A DNA stretch of 64,000 nt from Pelagomonas calceolata (Eukaryota). The notes beneath the pieces are model-generated. The model did not search any database, was not told where the DNA came from, and worked only from the letters and a program-made list of their open reading frames with translations. Positions 1 through 10,521 of the stretch are shown in pieces (positions within the stretch are counted from its first letter, which is position 1; each line of letters starts with the position of its first letter). The DNA is taken from assembly GCA_918797485.1 (NCBI GenBank), contig CAKKNE010000005.1, forward strand, positions 868,001 to 932,000. Direction: 5' to 3'. The position numbers and the translations under genes were made by a program.

Positions 1-175
1 CCTCTACGATCGGTTAGAAAGACAGTACAAGTACGTGCCTGGCGGGCCGTTTAAGGTCTGGCGCACGGGGCCGCCGTTCCCGGCGCCCGAGGCGCCGGAG
101 CCCGCCGCGATCGATGAATCCCCCGTTTTATAATAAAACACGAAAGCAGCAGTCTTAGGCGCGGGGGAGTTCATT

Positions 176-799
176 CTAGAACGACGCGCCGTAAGCCGGC
201 GGCGCGGCCGGCGCCTGGGGCCGCTCCCAGTGCGTCGTCTTCGTGTTGTGGTCGACGTAGTAGGGCTTGCCGTCGGGCGTCTTTTTTTCTTCCCAGCCCG
301 GCGGTAGAGGTGCGGCGCCGTAGGCGGGCGGCGGCGCCTGCGCGACGGGCGCGGGCTGCGCGACCTGGGCCACCGGCGCCGCGACCTGGGCCACGACCGG
401 CACCTTCGCGAGGAACTGGCCGCCCTCAGGCACGCCCTCGGGCACGGTCACGTAGTACTGCCCCCCGTCGATGTCGACCTCGATGCTCGTGCCGGCGGGC
501 ACGCCCTGCGGGCGCTCGACCTGGACCATTCTTTCATTCTGCTGTAGTACCACACCCTGCGGCGGCGCCACGACGACGACGGGCCGCCCGTAGCGGTGGT
601 AGCGCGCCGGCCGCGTGCGGCTGGCGAGGATGACGGCTCCAGCGGTCAATCCAACAGCGGTGGCGAGCGGGCGCCGCGGCGCGAAAAATCCACCCAAACC
701 CCAGCCTGCTCCTCTAACAGGCGCCCGGCGCACGCCGCCCCCATGGAAGCCGCCGCGGTGGCCGCCGCCCCGATGCCCGCCGTGGGCTCCTTTGCCCAT
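176..799 (-). CDS. Gly/Pro-rich protein with C-terminal WW domain
   Basis: WW motif [30 protein letters not shown]; first in-frame ATG (MGKGAHGG) at 799. Confidence 0.8.
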   Translation of the reverse strand: MGKGAHGGHRGGGHRGGFHGGGVRRAPVRGAGWGLGGFFAPRRPLATAVGLTAGAVILASRTRPARYHRYGRPVVVVAPPQGVVLQQNERMVQVERPQGVPAGTSIEVDIDGGQYYVTVPEGVPEGGQFLAKVPVVAQVAAPVAQVAQPAPVAQAPPPAYGAAPLPPGWEEKKTPDGKPYYVDHNTKTTHWERPQAPAAPPAYGASF

Positions 800-1080
800 T
801 CTTACTCTTGTCTGGGCAGCCCTACGCAGCCAAATTTGCGGAGAGCCAGCTCGAGCTCGGAGAAGAGAAGAGAATTCCTCGTGCGGGTTGCAGACGGACG
901 CGTCCGTCGCGTCGTCTGGAGCAAATTCACCTTCGTCGTGGTCCCGGGGCAGCGTTGGCTGGACGGCGTGGCAGGTGAGGCGCGTTTCGGTCGTCTCGCG
1001 TCGTGTCCGCGACACAAACAGGGGCCACTGGTCCTAGCACCGAACAACATTACAGGGACAAACAGAGACATTACACATGG

Positions 1081-1914
1081 CTACGACGACGCGCGCATCG
1101 CGGCAAGCTCCTCGGAAAACGCCACGACGGCCGGCCCCAGCTCGTCACGCCAAAACGCGCGGTCGCGCGGCACGCGCAGAACCCGCAGATCGTGCGGCAC
1201 CCACAGCACGAGGTCGCACCAGTCTCGCTCGCAGACCTCCATCTGGCCCTGGACCTGGGCGAAGTAGCGGTTCGGACACTTGGTCAGCGGCGCGAGCTGC
1301 CGCTTGTGCCGCCGCGACCACAGGCACTTGACTTCGAGCAAGCCCGCTTCGCCCGTCGCGCGGTCGACGACGAGGCCGTCGGGCGACGCGCCGTACTTGA
1401 GTGACGCGTCGGTCCACAGGCCGGTCGCCGCGACGTCGTGGCCCGTCTTCCGCGCGTAGGCTTTGATAGCAGTGCTCTCGTGGCGCTTCCCGAACTCGAT
1501 GGGTTGGCCGCCGAGTTTCGGCCGTGGGACCTTGCCGGCCTGCCACCGCAGCACCTCCTCGCGCGACGAAAATTTGTGCTTGTCTCGCGCCGCGTCGAAT
1601 TCCGACGCGGTTAGATCAAGCGCCGCTCTACACTTCAACCAGGCCGCCTCGTCGACGCGCTGCGATAGATCTCTCGTGTCAATGTCGACGGTGCGACCGT
1701 CGAGATCGAGCTTTGCGGTGTTTTGTCCTGATATCGTGGCGTGGCGCACGGGTCCGAGGTCGAGGCCAAGCGATTCCGTGACGCGGCCGGGCTTTTCGGC
1801 GTCCGGCTCGTCTTTTGCCCGTTGCGTCTTGGTGTTGCGGCCCCATTTCTTGAGGCGTGTGGGTGCGGCGAGCGCTGCTGCTGCTGTCGCGACGAATGCG
1901 ATGCGCAGGAGCAT
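1081..1914 (-). CDS. YqaJ-like / lambda-exonuclease-family nuclease with N-terminal signal peptide
   Basis: Motifs LTASEF, GKRHE, YGASPDGL, LEVKC, YFAQVQGQM; hydrophobic N-terminus MLLRIAFVATAAAALA. Confidence 0.85.
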   Translation of the reverse strand: MLLRIAFVATAAAALAAPTRLKKWGRNTKTQRAKDEPDAEKPGRVTESLGLDLGPVRHATISGQNTAKLDLDGRTVDIDTRDLSQRVDEAAWLKCRAALDLTASEFDAARDKHKFSSREEVLRWQAGKVPRPKLGGQPIEFGKRHESTAIKAYARKTGHDVAATGLWTDASLKYGASPDGLVVDRATGEAGLLEVKCLWSRRHKRQLAPLTKCPNRYFAQVQGQMEVCERDWCDLVLWVPHDLRVLRVPRDRAFWRDELGPAVVAFSEELAAMRASS

Positions 1915-2253
1915 TGTGCAGTAGCGCGTGGCAGTACGGCGTGCGTAGGAGCAGGGTGCAGTGCGCAGTGCGACAGTGCAGTGAGCAGTGAGTGAGTGCA
2001 GGCAGTTCGCAGGTCAGCGAACGTGTGGCGTAGGGATGCGCAGGGATGCGCAGCAGTGTAAGTGGATGCAGCAGTCCAACTTTTGCGGGTAAACAAGTGC
2101 AATGCGACGACGACGCGCAAAAAACGGAGCTAGCGTCCACTTACACACTAGGAATTAGCCCAGGGACCTCAATTGCCAGCGTAGAGGTCGATAAATAAAT
2201 CCTCGCCGCGTCGGGATCAACACAGCACATCGCTGCGACAAACTAGAGCAGTC

Positions 2254-3390
2254 ATGTTCGGCCTCGTCGAGCCGGAAGGCCTCAAGACCCTCGAGGCCAT
2301 GGGCTTCCCCCGCGACGCCGCCAAGGCCGCACTGACGGCGCACAACGGCGACGTAGCGGCGGCCGCGCAGCAGCTCTCGCAGCCGTCCGTCGAGGACAAG
2401 TGCCGATCGATAGCATCAAGACTCGCCAAAGCCGACGCGGCCGCGGCGGCCGAGGTCGCAGAACTCCTAACGAACGTGGCAGCGAACCCGCGCGACCAGC
2501 GCCACACCATCATCCTGTTAGGAGGCACAGCACCTCTACAAAGCGCACTGCGGGCCGGCCAGAACGCCGGCGTCGAGTTATTGATAGAGGCGGGCTACCG
2601 GCGCCACGACGCCTCGACGTTGTCGTTGACGCGGGCCGATCCCGCTAGACTGTACGCTGCTAAAAGCGCTTTGGACGCGGCCCGGACGTCGTCTCCTGGA
2701 AGACAAGGCAGAAACAAAGCGTTACAAGCCCAAGCGTCGCGAGAGGCACGTGCAGCGGCCGCAAAGTCCTTTGCGTCCGTCCAGGAGCCGCGCGGCGGTT
2801 GTGTATTGACCTTCGCCGACGGTTCGGGCGCGAAGTTCGCCACGCGTCGATTTGATGGTGATGATACCTTAGATCGGGTCGTGCGGTTTCTAGCGACTTG
2901 TGAGGTAGGCTGTCCTCCCGACGGCGACGGGTGGCGCGTCGTGGCGGAGACGACGCCGCCCTCGTTCTGGTGCGACGGCTGGGTCCTGAGCGATAAGACG
3001 ACGCGCGACGAGCAGATCTTCACCGTCAAAGATTTGCCGCGGACGCTGCAATCTTTACAGTTGTGGCCGTCGGCTACTTTGGTGGTGGAGAGTGCTGATG
3101 ATGATGTAGTCTTAACCAAACCACAACGCGTGCGGCCGCCGTCTCCAACAAAGGGCCACCGCCTCGGCCCGAAGCCCAAGCCCTCGGATCTGTTTAAGAG
3201 GGTCACGGCGCGGCACGACCCTCGGGACCTGTCTGGCGCCGACAAGCCGCGCGGGAGGGTCGCCGTGAGCGCGGACAAGGTCCCTGGTCTGGGCCGGCTT
3301 CTGGCGATGGGCTTCCCCGAAGCGAAGGCGCGCGACGCTCTCAGGAGGGCGAACGGCGACGTGAACGCGGCCGTGGCCGCGTTATTGTAA
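2254..3390 (+). CDS. UBA/(PUB)/UBX/UBA-domain protein (p97 cofactor-like)
   Basis: N- and C-terminal UBA (LxAMGF...A..AL....GDV.AA); UBX-like RRFDGDDTL...TLQSLQLWPSATLVV. Confidence 0.75.
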   Translation: MFGLVEPEGLKTLEAMGFPRDAAKAALTAHNGDVAAAAQQLSQPSVEDKCRSIASRLAKADAAAAAEVAELLTNVAANPRDQRHTIILLGGTAPLQSALRAGQNAGVELLIEAGYRRHDASTLSLTRADPARLYAAKSALDAARTSSPGRQGRNKALQAQASREARAAAAKSFASVQEPRGGCVLTFADGSGAKFATRRFDGDDTLDRVVRFLATCEVGCPPDGDGWRVVAETTPPSFWCDGWVLSDKTTRDEQIFTVKDLPRTLQSLQLWPSATLVVESADDDVVLTKPQRVRPPSPTKGHRLGPKPKPSDLFKRVTARHDPRDLSGADKPRGRVAVSADKVPGLGRLLAMGFPEAKARDALRRANGDVNAAVAALL

Positions 3391-3400
3391 TTTATTATTG

Positions 3401-4366
3401 TTAAGCCTGGTAGGCGGTCAGAATGTTCACCTTCGGCACGAAGCCGAGCTCCTCGCGCACGAGGGAGTTGTCGTAGAGCGAGTCGCGCTCGTGGCCCGGT
3501 TGTTCGTAATGGGAGAAGTCGATGTGCGCCACCGCGTCGGCGCCGTAGGTGGCCCGCATGACCTGGGGCACGGTGCAGCCGTCGGCGACGAAGGCGTGCT
3601 CCGCCGTGACGTTCATCTGGCGCACGCCGGGCTTGAATTCCTCCTTGAGCGCGGCGAGGCAGAGGCACTCGACCATGTCCGAAATCGCGATCGCCGAGAT
3701 CGCACTCTCGGGGCTGTAGCCCTCCGGCGAGTTCGTCCCGTCGGCCGGCGCGATCGGGATCTCCTTGCCGATGCCGGTCTCGAGGTGGCGTGGCGGGCCG
3801 TCGCCCGGGTCCGTGAGGCAGCAGCCGATGCGGAGCATAGTGACGTCGAGAGGCTCCTCCGGATCCTCGCGTTCGTAGCGGGTAGCGATGAAGCGGACCA
3901 ATTGCTCCATTTGCCACTTCGAGAGCGCATACGCCCACGGGTAGCCGACGTACGGATGGGTGTCAGCCATGGGCAGGTGTTGTGGCGGGAAGCCTCTGCC
4001 GGTGCCAACGGTAGATATAGAGCTCGCTACGACGAAGCGCTTGCAGGCTGGGTCACCGCCGGGCGGCGCGAGTGCGTCGAGGAGGCGCCGCGTGCCTTGG
4101 ACGTTTACCTCGAGGCAGTCACCGAGCTCGCCCCAGCCGGCCACCGCCGCGAGGTGCACGCAGCAGTCGATCTCGCAGACGTCAAAATCATTCAATTTTT
4201 CGAGCCCGGCGCCCGTCGCGAGGTCCGCGGTGAGGCTTGTTACGCCGGCGACCTCAGTCTTGCGGCGCGCCAGGCCGACGACTTTCTCGCCGCGTTTGAC
4301 GAGGGCCTCGCACAGTTTGCCGCCGAGCCAGCCCGTCGATCCAGTGACCAATATGGTTTTGACCAT
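3401..4366 (-). CDS. NAD-dependent epimerase/dehydratase
   Basis: ILVTGSTGWLG, VHLAA, NVQGT, YALSK. Confidence 0.9.
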   Translation of the reverse strand: MVKTILVTGSTGWLGGKLCEALVKRGEKVVGLARRKTEVAGVTSLTADLATGAGLEKLNDFDVCEIDCCVHLAAVAGWGELGDCLEVNVQGTRRLLDALAPPGGDPACKRFVVASSISTVGTGRGFPPQHLPMADTHPYVGYPWAYALSKWQMEQLVRFIATRYEREDPEEPLDVTMLRIGCCLTDPGDGPPRHLETGIGKEIPIAPADGTNSPEGYSPESAISAIAISDMVECLCLAALKEEFKPGVRQMNVTAEHAFVADGCTVPQVMRATYGADAVAHIDFSHYEQPGHERDSLYDNSLVREELGFVPKVNILTAYQA

Positions 4367-4702
4367 TTTTGAGAGGAGTTACGCCACGTCGCGACACTTG
4401 CGATGCTTTGCGGTTGATAACTGGCGCGACGGCGTGCCCTCGGTCGGTCTCACACTCAAAACCGACGGCAAAATGAGCAGGCCGGCCTTTTTTCCTTTAA
4501 TTCTTTTTGTCTATAAAACGGGTTTCCCAGGCGCAAAAATCGGGCGCAGATGGCCATTGTAGCCTTTAGAGATCGATTTTTTGCTTGATTCGCATCACTG
4601 TGGCACTGGTGCGTCCCTCTGCTCGCGCTGGACGACTCTTGGCGCAGTGTTACCGGCTCCACCGAGTGCTGCTGCAGCCCTGCAGCCAAGCGGTGCCGCG
4701 AG

Positions 4703-5578
4703 ATGATGCGATCAGTCATCCTTCTCATAGCAAGCGCACTGGCAGCACCGAAACAGCACTCCAATGCCGCCGCGCGCATACGTCGCGCCGCTCGAAACCG
4801 CGCGGCCGCTGACGTCGGCATCGACCTGCTACCACTACAAGGCAAGCTCGCAATCGTGACCGGCGGCGGCCGCGGCATCGGCGCAGCTGTGGCAAGAGCG
4901 CTGGCGCAGCGAGGCTGCCGCGTCCTGATCACCTACCGAAGCAACGTCGACGCTGCGGCCGACACAATGCTCTCGCTCCCTGGAGACGGCCACGACGCGC
5001 GGCAATGCGACGTGACGGATGCCGACGCCGTCGCGCAGCTCTTCGAGGACCTCGGAGAGAGCGTTGATATTGTCATTAATAATGCCGCGATATACGAAGA
5101 GTCTCATTTCCTCGACAGCACGTTTGACGACTGGCAACGAGTATGGCGCGATACAATCGATGCGAATCTGGTCGGCCCGGCCAACGTCATATTCCACGCG
5201 GGGCGAAGTATGGCGCGACGCGGCGGCGGCGTTATCGTGTGCGTGAGCAGTCGCGGGGCCTTTAGAGGCGAACCCACGGCGCCGGCCTACGGCGCGAGCA
5301 AAGCGGGCCTCAACCAGCTCTCGCAGAGTGCCGCCAAAGCTCTGGCTCCGTCGAATGTTGTTGTAGGCGTCGTGGCCCCGGGCTTTGTGGACACGGCGAT
5401 GGCCGCCGAGGTTTTGAATGGAGAGAGAGGAGACGCCATCCGCGGCGACAGCCCGTTCAACAGGGTCGCGAGCGCCGACGAGGTCGCCGAGGCGGTCCTC
5501 TACTTCACTCATACAAACGCGAAGTGGAGCTCCGGCGCGATCATCGACGTGAACGGTGCGAGCTATCTAAGATCATAA
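4703..5578 (+). CDS. Short-chain dehydrogenase/reductase with signal peptide
   Basis: TGGGRGIG, NNAA, YGASK, APGFVDT, VNGA. Confidence 0.9.
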   Translation: MMRSVILLIASALAAPKQHSNAAARIRRAARNRAAADVGIDLLPLQGKLAIVTGGGRGIGAAVARALAQRGCRVLITYRSNVDAAADTMLSLPGDGHDARQCDVTDADAVAQLFEDLGESVDIVINNAAIYEESHFLDSTFDDWQRVWRDTIDANLVGPANVIFHAGRSMARRGGGVIVCVSSRGAFRGEPTAPAYGASKAGLNQLSQSAAKALAPSNVVVGVVAPGFVDTAMAAEVLNGERGDAIRGDSPFNRVASADEVAEAVLYFTHTNAKWSSGAIIDVNGASYLRS

Positions 5579-5581
5579 ACA

Positions 5582-6112
5582 TTATATGAGGCTCTGGGAC
5601 GCGCGCAGCGCCGTGTGCCCCCGCGGCGGCTCGTGCTTGAATTGTGCCTCATCGAAAACGCACCGCAGTTTGGTGGAGCCGGCGACGGACACGGCGGGGT
5701 GCACCGCGCCGCGCACGCGCTGCACTTCTGCTTTTGGTAATTCATCACCGTTCCGGTAAAATCGTAGATTCGGCAGTTCGGCCTGACCGAAGGCAATACC
5801 AATGACGTCTCCATCACTACACTCGCACGACGCCGACGCCAGCGCCCAGGACTTCTCCTCGTCGCCTATCGAGCCGGCGAGCGCGCCGCCCTTCAAAGCC
5901 CGCGCCACGCCGATGCGGAAGGGCCCCGCGCTCTCCACAATAACTTCCCAATACGCGGCGTCCTGCTCGATCGTGTTTGAGGAATATGCAACACCAGTAC
6001 CCGAGATCAGCGACTTTTTTTGGGAGACGTCGGGGCCTTTCTCGGTGAGCTCGATCGCCTGCGGCGCGGCGACCGGCCCGTCATTATTGCTTTTGCTGCA
6101 GCAGCAGCCCAT
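5582..6112 (-). CDS. SPRYD7: SPRY-domain protein (SPRYD7-like), N-terminal acylation motif
   Basis: MGCCCSK start; EQDAAYWEV, GDVIGIAF, LRFYRNG, RGAVHPAVSV. Confidence 0.75.
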   Translation of the reverse strand: MGCCCSKSNNDGPVAAPQAIELTEKGPDVSQKKSLISGTGVAYSSNTIEQDAAYWEVIVESAGPFRIGVARALKGGALAGSIGDEEKSWALASASCECSDGDVIGIAFGQAELPNLRFYRNGDELPKAEVQRVRGAVHPAVSVAGSTKLRCVFDEAQFKHEPPRGHTALRASQSLI

Positions 6113-6553
6113 TGTTGCTTTCTTTTTCAAGCTCAGTCGGTGACGCTAAAGCAATCGCGGCGACTTGGTTGTCACAGCTGCTGGGAGAGCAGTTATTTAT
6201 GCGTGGGCGCGATTGTGAAGCGTTGCAATGCTACTAGCCGTCGTAAGAGTGTCGGGTGGCTGCCTGCGAATGCAAACACGCACGTAACCGGTCGTCGAGG
6301 GACAAAAGTTTGGGCAAAAAACAGCAGCTGCTAGCGTGCTGTAAAGACACTAGCACAGCACTTTGATGAAAACGCGGCACGCGCCGCCGCCGATGAGTCG
6401 GCGACGCGCGGCCTCAGGTGACTCCGCCCACTAGTCCTAGCACCGTAACAGGTTACCCTCAAAACGCGCGCGGCTTCGTCGAATCGGGCTCGTCTAGAGG
6501 GCTCGTCGACGGCTTGAAGTGCAAAACTAGTATACCATTACCCGCCTCAGCGA

Positions 6554-7384
6554 CTAGTACCCGAAGATCGACGCGCGGCACAGGTCCGAGCGCTGGCCCC
6601 GCGTCTTCAGCGTGTTGAGCACCTGCGACGACTGCTTGTAGGACGCGACCGAGAACTCCGCGTCAAACGGCACGTGCGACGGATTGGCAGCACCGGGGTG
6701 GTCGTCCAAATGCTTGATCTTGTACTTGTGGTTGCGGACATGTTTGAATCTATCTACTTTGCCGAGGATGGTCGTAGGAATCCGACGAACCCGCTGAGAA
6801 ATGGGCCCCACACCCCGAGGCTTCGGCTTCTCGATCACAATACTTTCCGGAGGCTGGAACATCTCCATGAGCTTCGTCTCGCGAATTTTACCCTTGACTA
6901 CTTCATATTCCGCCTTGCCGCCCAGGTACGCATCAATACAAGCTTTGGTCTTTTCTTCGCTGAAATGAGTATCTTTGTATCGACCAGGTCTGGCTCTCTG
7001 TACAGTAACAGGCCTTGGTCCAGTAGGAAAGACGCACTCCGCCGCCTCGGTCTCGTACGTCCTAGCTTTATGGTGGTCGTAGGCCGAGTGCGCTTCGATG
7101 AGCGACGCCAAAGCCTCGCTCTCGGGATGGTCCTCGACGATGGCGTAGCCGTGCCGATTCTGGTTATCCAATGGATTGCCGCCGATGGTCTCCTGGAAAC
7201 TTGCGGCCATCTCGAAGGGCGCTCTATCAGCTAGGGTATCGTGCGCGACCGAGGCATACTCCAACTGCGCGGCGGCCTGGGCCTTGTCGCCCTCCTCGTC
7301 GGTACCGTAGGGCGCGCCCTTCGAGAATAGATATTTGGTCTTGAGGGGGTTGATAGCCGGCGCGGACTTCAGTTCCGTGGGCAT
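6554..7384 (-). CDS. Hypothetical protein
   Basis: 276-aa ATG-started ORF with protein-like composition; no recognised domain. Confidence 0.6.
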   Translation of the reverse strand: MPTELKSAPAINPLKTKYLFSKGAPYGTDEEGDKAQAAAQLEYASVAHDTLADRAPFEMAASFQETIGGNPLDNQNRHGYAIVEDHPESEALASLIEAHSAYDHHKARTYETEAAECVFPTGPRPVTVQRARPGRYKDTHFSEEKTKACIDAYLGGKAEYEVVKGKIRETKLMEMFQPPESIVIEKPKPRGVGPISQRVRRIPTTILGKVDRFKHVRNHKYKIKHLDDHPGAANPSHVPFDAEFSVASYKQSSQVLNTLKTRGQRSDLCRASIFGY

Positions 7385-7843
7385 GGTGCCGGAGGGCTGC
7401 CTCGGGGCCCTTGGAGAACGCTGTTTTTTGCAGCCGCGGCGGCGCCGCCGGTGGGGTGCGGTCTCCGAGGTCGAAAGGCAGCCGCTTTACGTGCCGAGGG
7501 GGTGCGCGGCGGCTATTTCAGTCTCGGAGAGGCATCCGCGTTATGTAGCTGTAGGTTCTAGTGCGGGGCGGCGCCGAAATCCGTCCTCGGCAGGGCTCAC
7601 GGGCCCATCGAGGAGGTCTCTCGGCGGCCCGAACGGTGCGGACCGGCGCGGCGACCCCCGACCATCGGCCGATAAAACCGACAGCTGTGCTCGTTGCGAG
7701 ACGCAGGCCGGGCGCACGCCGTCGCCGGCACGCGCAGTGGACCGCGCGCGAGCGCTCTCCTCAAAGACCACCGCGGGGCAGCGCAAGCCCCGGCGTTCGG
7801 GCGGCGCCGAGCACCCACTGGTGGGCAGCCCTGCCCATAGACG

Positions 7844-9925
7844 ATGCCCACGCCGTCGACGACGCCGTCGTCGACGCCCCGCCGCATTTTAGACACAGAC
7901 GCCGTCGAAACACTCCTGAAACAGCAGGGCGTCGACGACGCCGAGCAGGCTTATGTACTGGAAGCGTGCAACGAAGGTTTTGATCAAATACTGGACCTGA
8001 GCGCGTGCCCCAAGTTGAGGACGTTAAACGTGAACGGGAATCGGTTGAAGGACCTGCGGCACCTGCAGGGCGCGCCGCACCTCCGCGAACTGAAGGCAGG
8101 AAATAATCGCCTAGAAGATGCTGATGATGTGGAGTTCTGCAAGGAACTCGAGACGCTGCATCTGCACAACAATCCGGGCCTCGAGAAGGCGCCGCGGTGT
8201 TTGGGGAAATTGCGGCATCTGAGGACTTTGAGACTAGACAGATGTGGCTTGGTCGAGTTAGGTTCAGGACTGAGGAATTGTAATTCGATACGCGTGTTAG
8301 ATTTGAGTGGCAATTGCATCTCAGCGCTCTCTACGTCATTAGCGTCGCTCTCAGGCTTAGTGGAACTGGACCTGTCGGGCAACGAACTTAAGAGAATCCC
8401 GACCGGTGCGTTAGATGGGTGCCGAGCGACGCTGGAAAGTCTGAAACTGTCAGACAACGAGCTCGGCGCGTCGCCGGTCCAGGAGCCCTCCGAGCTCGTG
8501 AACGGCGTTCAAAGAAAACTAAGACGATTACCGGCCAAGAAGTCGAAGCGGAGCGGCCCGCTGGACGGGTTGCAGCGCTTCGCTTCTCTAAAAACATTAC
8601 ATGTGGCGGGCAACCGCTTTGCGTCCTTCGCGGCGTTTCCTTTGCTGTCCGAGCTGAACGAGCTGGACGTCGCGCGGAACCGCCTCGAGTCCCTCGGAGG
8701 GTTATCAACGAAGTGTCCTGCCGTCGATGTTTTAGATGCGTCCGACAATTGCATCGGTGATCTAGGGGGTCTGGCCGGATCGCTGGGCGCCTTGTCTCAT
8801 TTAGCAGAACTGCGCTTGAAGGGCAACCCCTGCGTGCCTCTACAAAGACCAAAATCGTCGAGACGGCCGCAGTCGCGGTCGAGACCAGTATCGCGAGCCG
8901 GGACGAAGACGCCCGCCTGGGCCCTCGTCTGCGCGCGGGCCTGCACGACGCTCGAACTCTTAGATGATTTCCAGCTCAAGGACGGCGCAGCAGCCCCACC
9001 GTCGGACAAGAAGCCCCATCCCGTGAGGCAGGTCGAGCCCATGGCCGACACGGACGCACGGGCCCAGGAGTTCCGGGCCTTGTTGCAGGGGGCGCGAAGC
9101 ACGTTGCGAGTTATGGAGCAGAAGGAGGTCGCATTGGTCGCGGGCGGGTGCAAGCCGCCACCATCGAGGCCGAGACCGCCACCAAGAGATTATTCTACGA
9201 ACAACGCGCTCGCGAAGAAATTGTCAGGGCTGGAGCGCGCCCTGGCCTTCAACAAGACGAAGCCGGAGGTCGAGGTCACGAAGCCGGTGCTGGCGCCGGT
9301 GACGCCGCCCCAGGCCGTCGACCGGGCCTTCGCCGTCGACGAGGACGACGAGTCCTTCCTCGAGCGACGGCGGGAGGCCTGGGCCGAGGAGAAGGTCGAA
9401 GAGTTAGTTATAGACTCGGATAGCTCCGATGACGAAGGTGTTGAGCAGAAGACGCCTGTTTTAGTTGCGCCCTCGCCGCTGCGAGAATTGCCACCGGAGC
9501 TCCAGAAAACTTTGGACGTGTTTTTGACGAACACGGCGACGCCCGCGCAACTCAAGGAAGCGGCAGAAACGACCGCCGAGGCCCTGAAGGCTTGCTTGAC
9601 GGCCGGCGGTCTCAAGGAGGAATCTGATTCTGATAGTGTAGATGATCCCGAAGCATTTGCGATCAAGGCCAAGTACGAGTCCGCCAAGGTCGACTACGAG
9701 GCGGCCATGAAGTCTGCCTTAGATGAGAAGAGTGGATTTGGGGATAGTGAGGACGAGGACGCCCAATGGCCGCCCGACGCGTCCGGTTTTATGGGCACGG
9801 AGACGCCCGTGTCGTCGCCCCCGAAGCCCCGGAAGACGACGCCGCCGGTGGCAAGACGGCCTCCCAAGAAGAAGGCGGCCTTCGTCGTCCCGCGGCGGGG
9901 GTCCAAGGACGCGGTCCACCTCTAA
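7844..9925 (+). CDS. Leucine-rich-repeat protein with acidic/low-complexity C-terminus
   Basis: Multiple LxxLxLxxN repeats ending in LRLKGNP cap. Confidence 0.85.
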   Translation: MPTPSTTPSSTPRRILDTDAVETLLKQQGVDDAEQAYVLEACNEGFDQILDLSACPKLRTLNVNGNRLKDLRHLQGAPHLRELKAGNNRLEDADDVEFCKELETLHLHNNPGLEKAPRCLGKLRHLRTLRLDRCGLVELGSGLRNCNSIRVLDLSGNCISALSTSLASLSGLVELDLSGNELKRIPTGALDGCRATLESLKLSDNELGASPVQEPSELVNGVQRKLRRLPAKKSKRSGPLDGLQRFASLKTLHVAGNRFASFAAFPLLSELNELDVARNRLESLGGLSTKCPAVDVLDASDNCIGDLGGLAGSLGALSHLAELRLKGNPCVPLQRPKSSRRPQSRSRPVSRAGTKTPAWALVCARACTTLELLDDFQLKDGAAAPPSDKKPHPVRQVEPMADTDARAQEFRALLQGARSTLRVMEQKEVALVAGGCKPPPSRPRPPPRDYSTNNALAKKLSGLERALAFNKTKPEVEVTKPVLAPVTPPQAVDRAFAVDEDDESFLERRREAWAEEKVEELVIDSDSSDDEGVEQKTPVLVAPSPLRELPPELQKTLDVFLTNTATPAQLKEAAETTAEALKACLTAGGLKEESDSDSVDDPEAFAIKAKYESAKVDYEAAMKSALDEKSGFGDSEDEDAQWPPDASGFMGTETPVSSPPKPRKTTPPVARRPPKKKAAFVVPRRGSKDAVHL

Positions 9926-10521
9926 GTTTGCAAGTAGTAGTATTTCGTGCGCTCGGTGCGCGTCCGTGCGCCTGGTATGCGTCCGCACGCTCCTCTCGGC
10001 GGGGTACCATAACCCTCCCTGGCCCAGGGCCCCCCATAACCCGTCGACGCCGCGGCGGGGCGGCCGCGCGTCGCGCGCTCGGTGCGGTTCCCTGCGCTAC
10101 TCATCAGGGAGGCTTCCTAGCCGTCGCGGAGCGTCTGCCCGGCCGCGCGACTAGCTCCCACGACGCCGGGCGCCCGCACGATTGCTTTTGCTCTGTGGTA
10201 GGGGACAAGCAAAATCAGTGCCAGCTCGTCACCGCGCGCACTATTCGTGCCCGCGCGTCACGAGACAGCGCAGCGGGACCTCACCTCGCCGCTCGCAGCG
10301 ACCGCGCGACGAATAGCGCTCCACGTGACGCGCACGGCGTCCTGCAAAGCTACAGCTGTAGTCGTCTTTGGTTGCCCGCTCCGTCGATTGCGAGACGAAG
10401 GGCAGCCGCGCCCGTGGACAACGCCGTCGGGTCCTTTCATCGGCTGACCGCCGCCGCAGCCCCGCCGCCGCAGCTCATCGTGGAGCCTCACGCGCGGCCC
10501 CGCACCGCAGGCAAAGACAAG

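Noticed and set aside
9766..10521. Long N-terminal extension of ORF 9766-11850
   Set aside because: Overlaps the previous gene and is Arg/Ala-rich GC read-through; real start more likely 10522.
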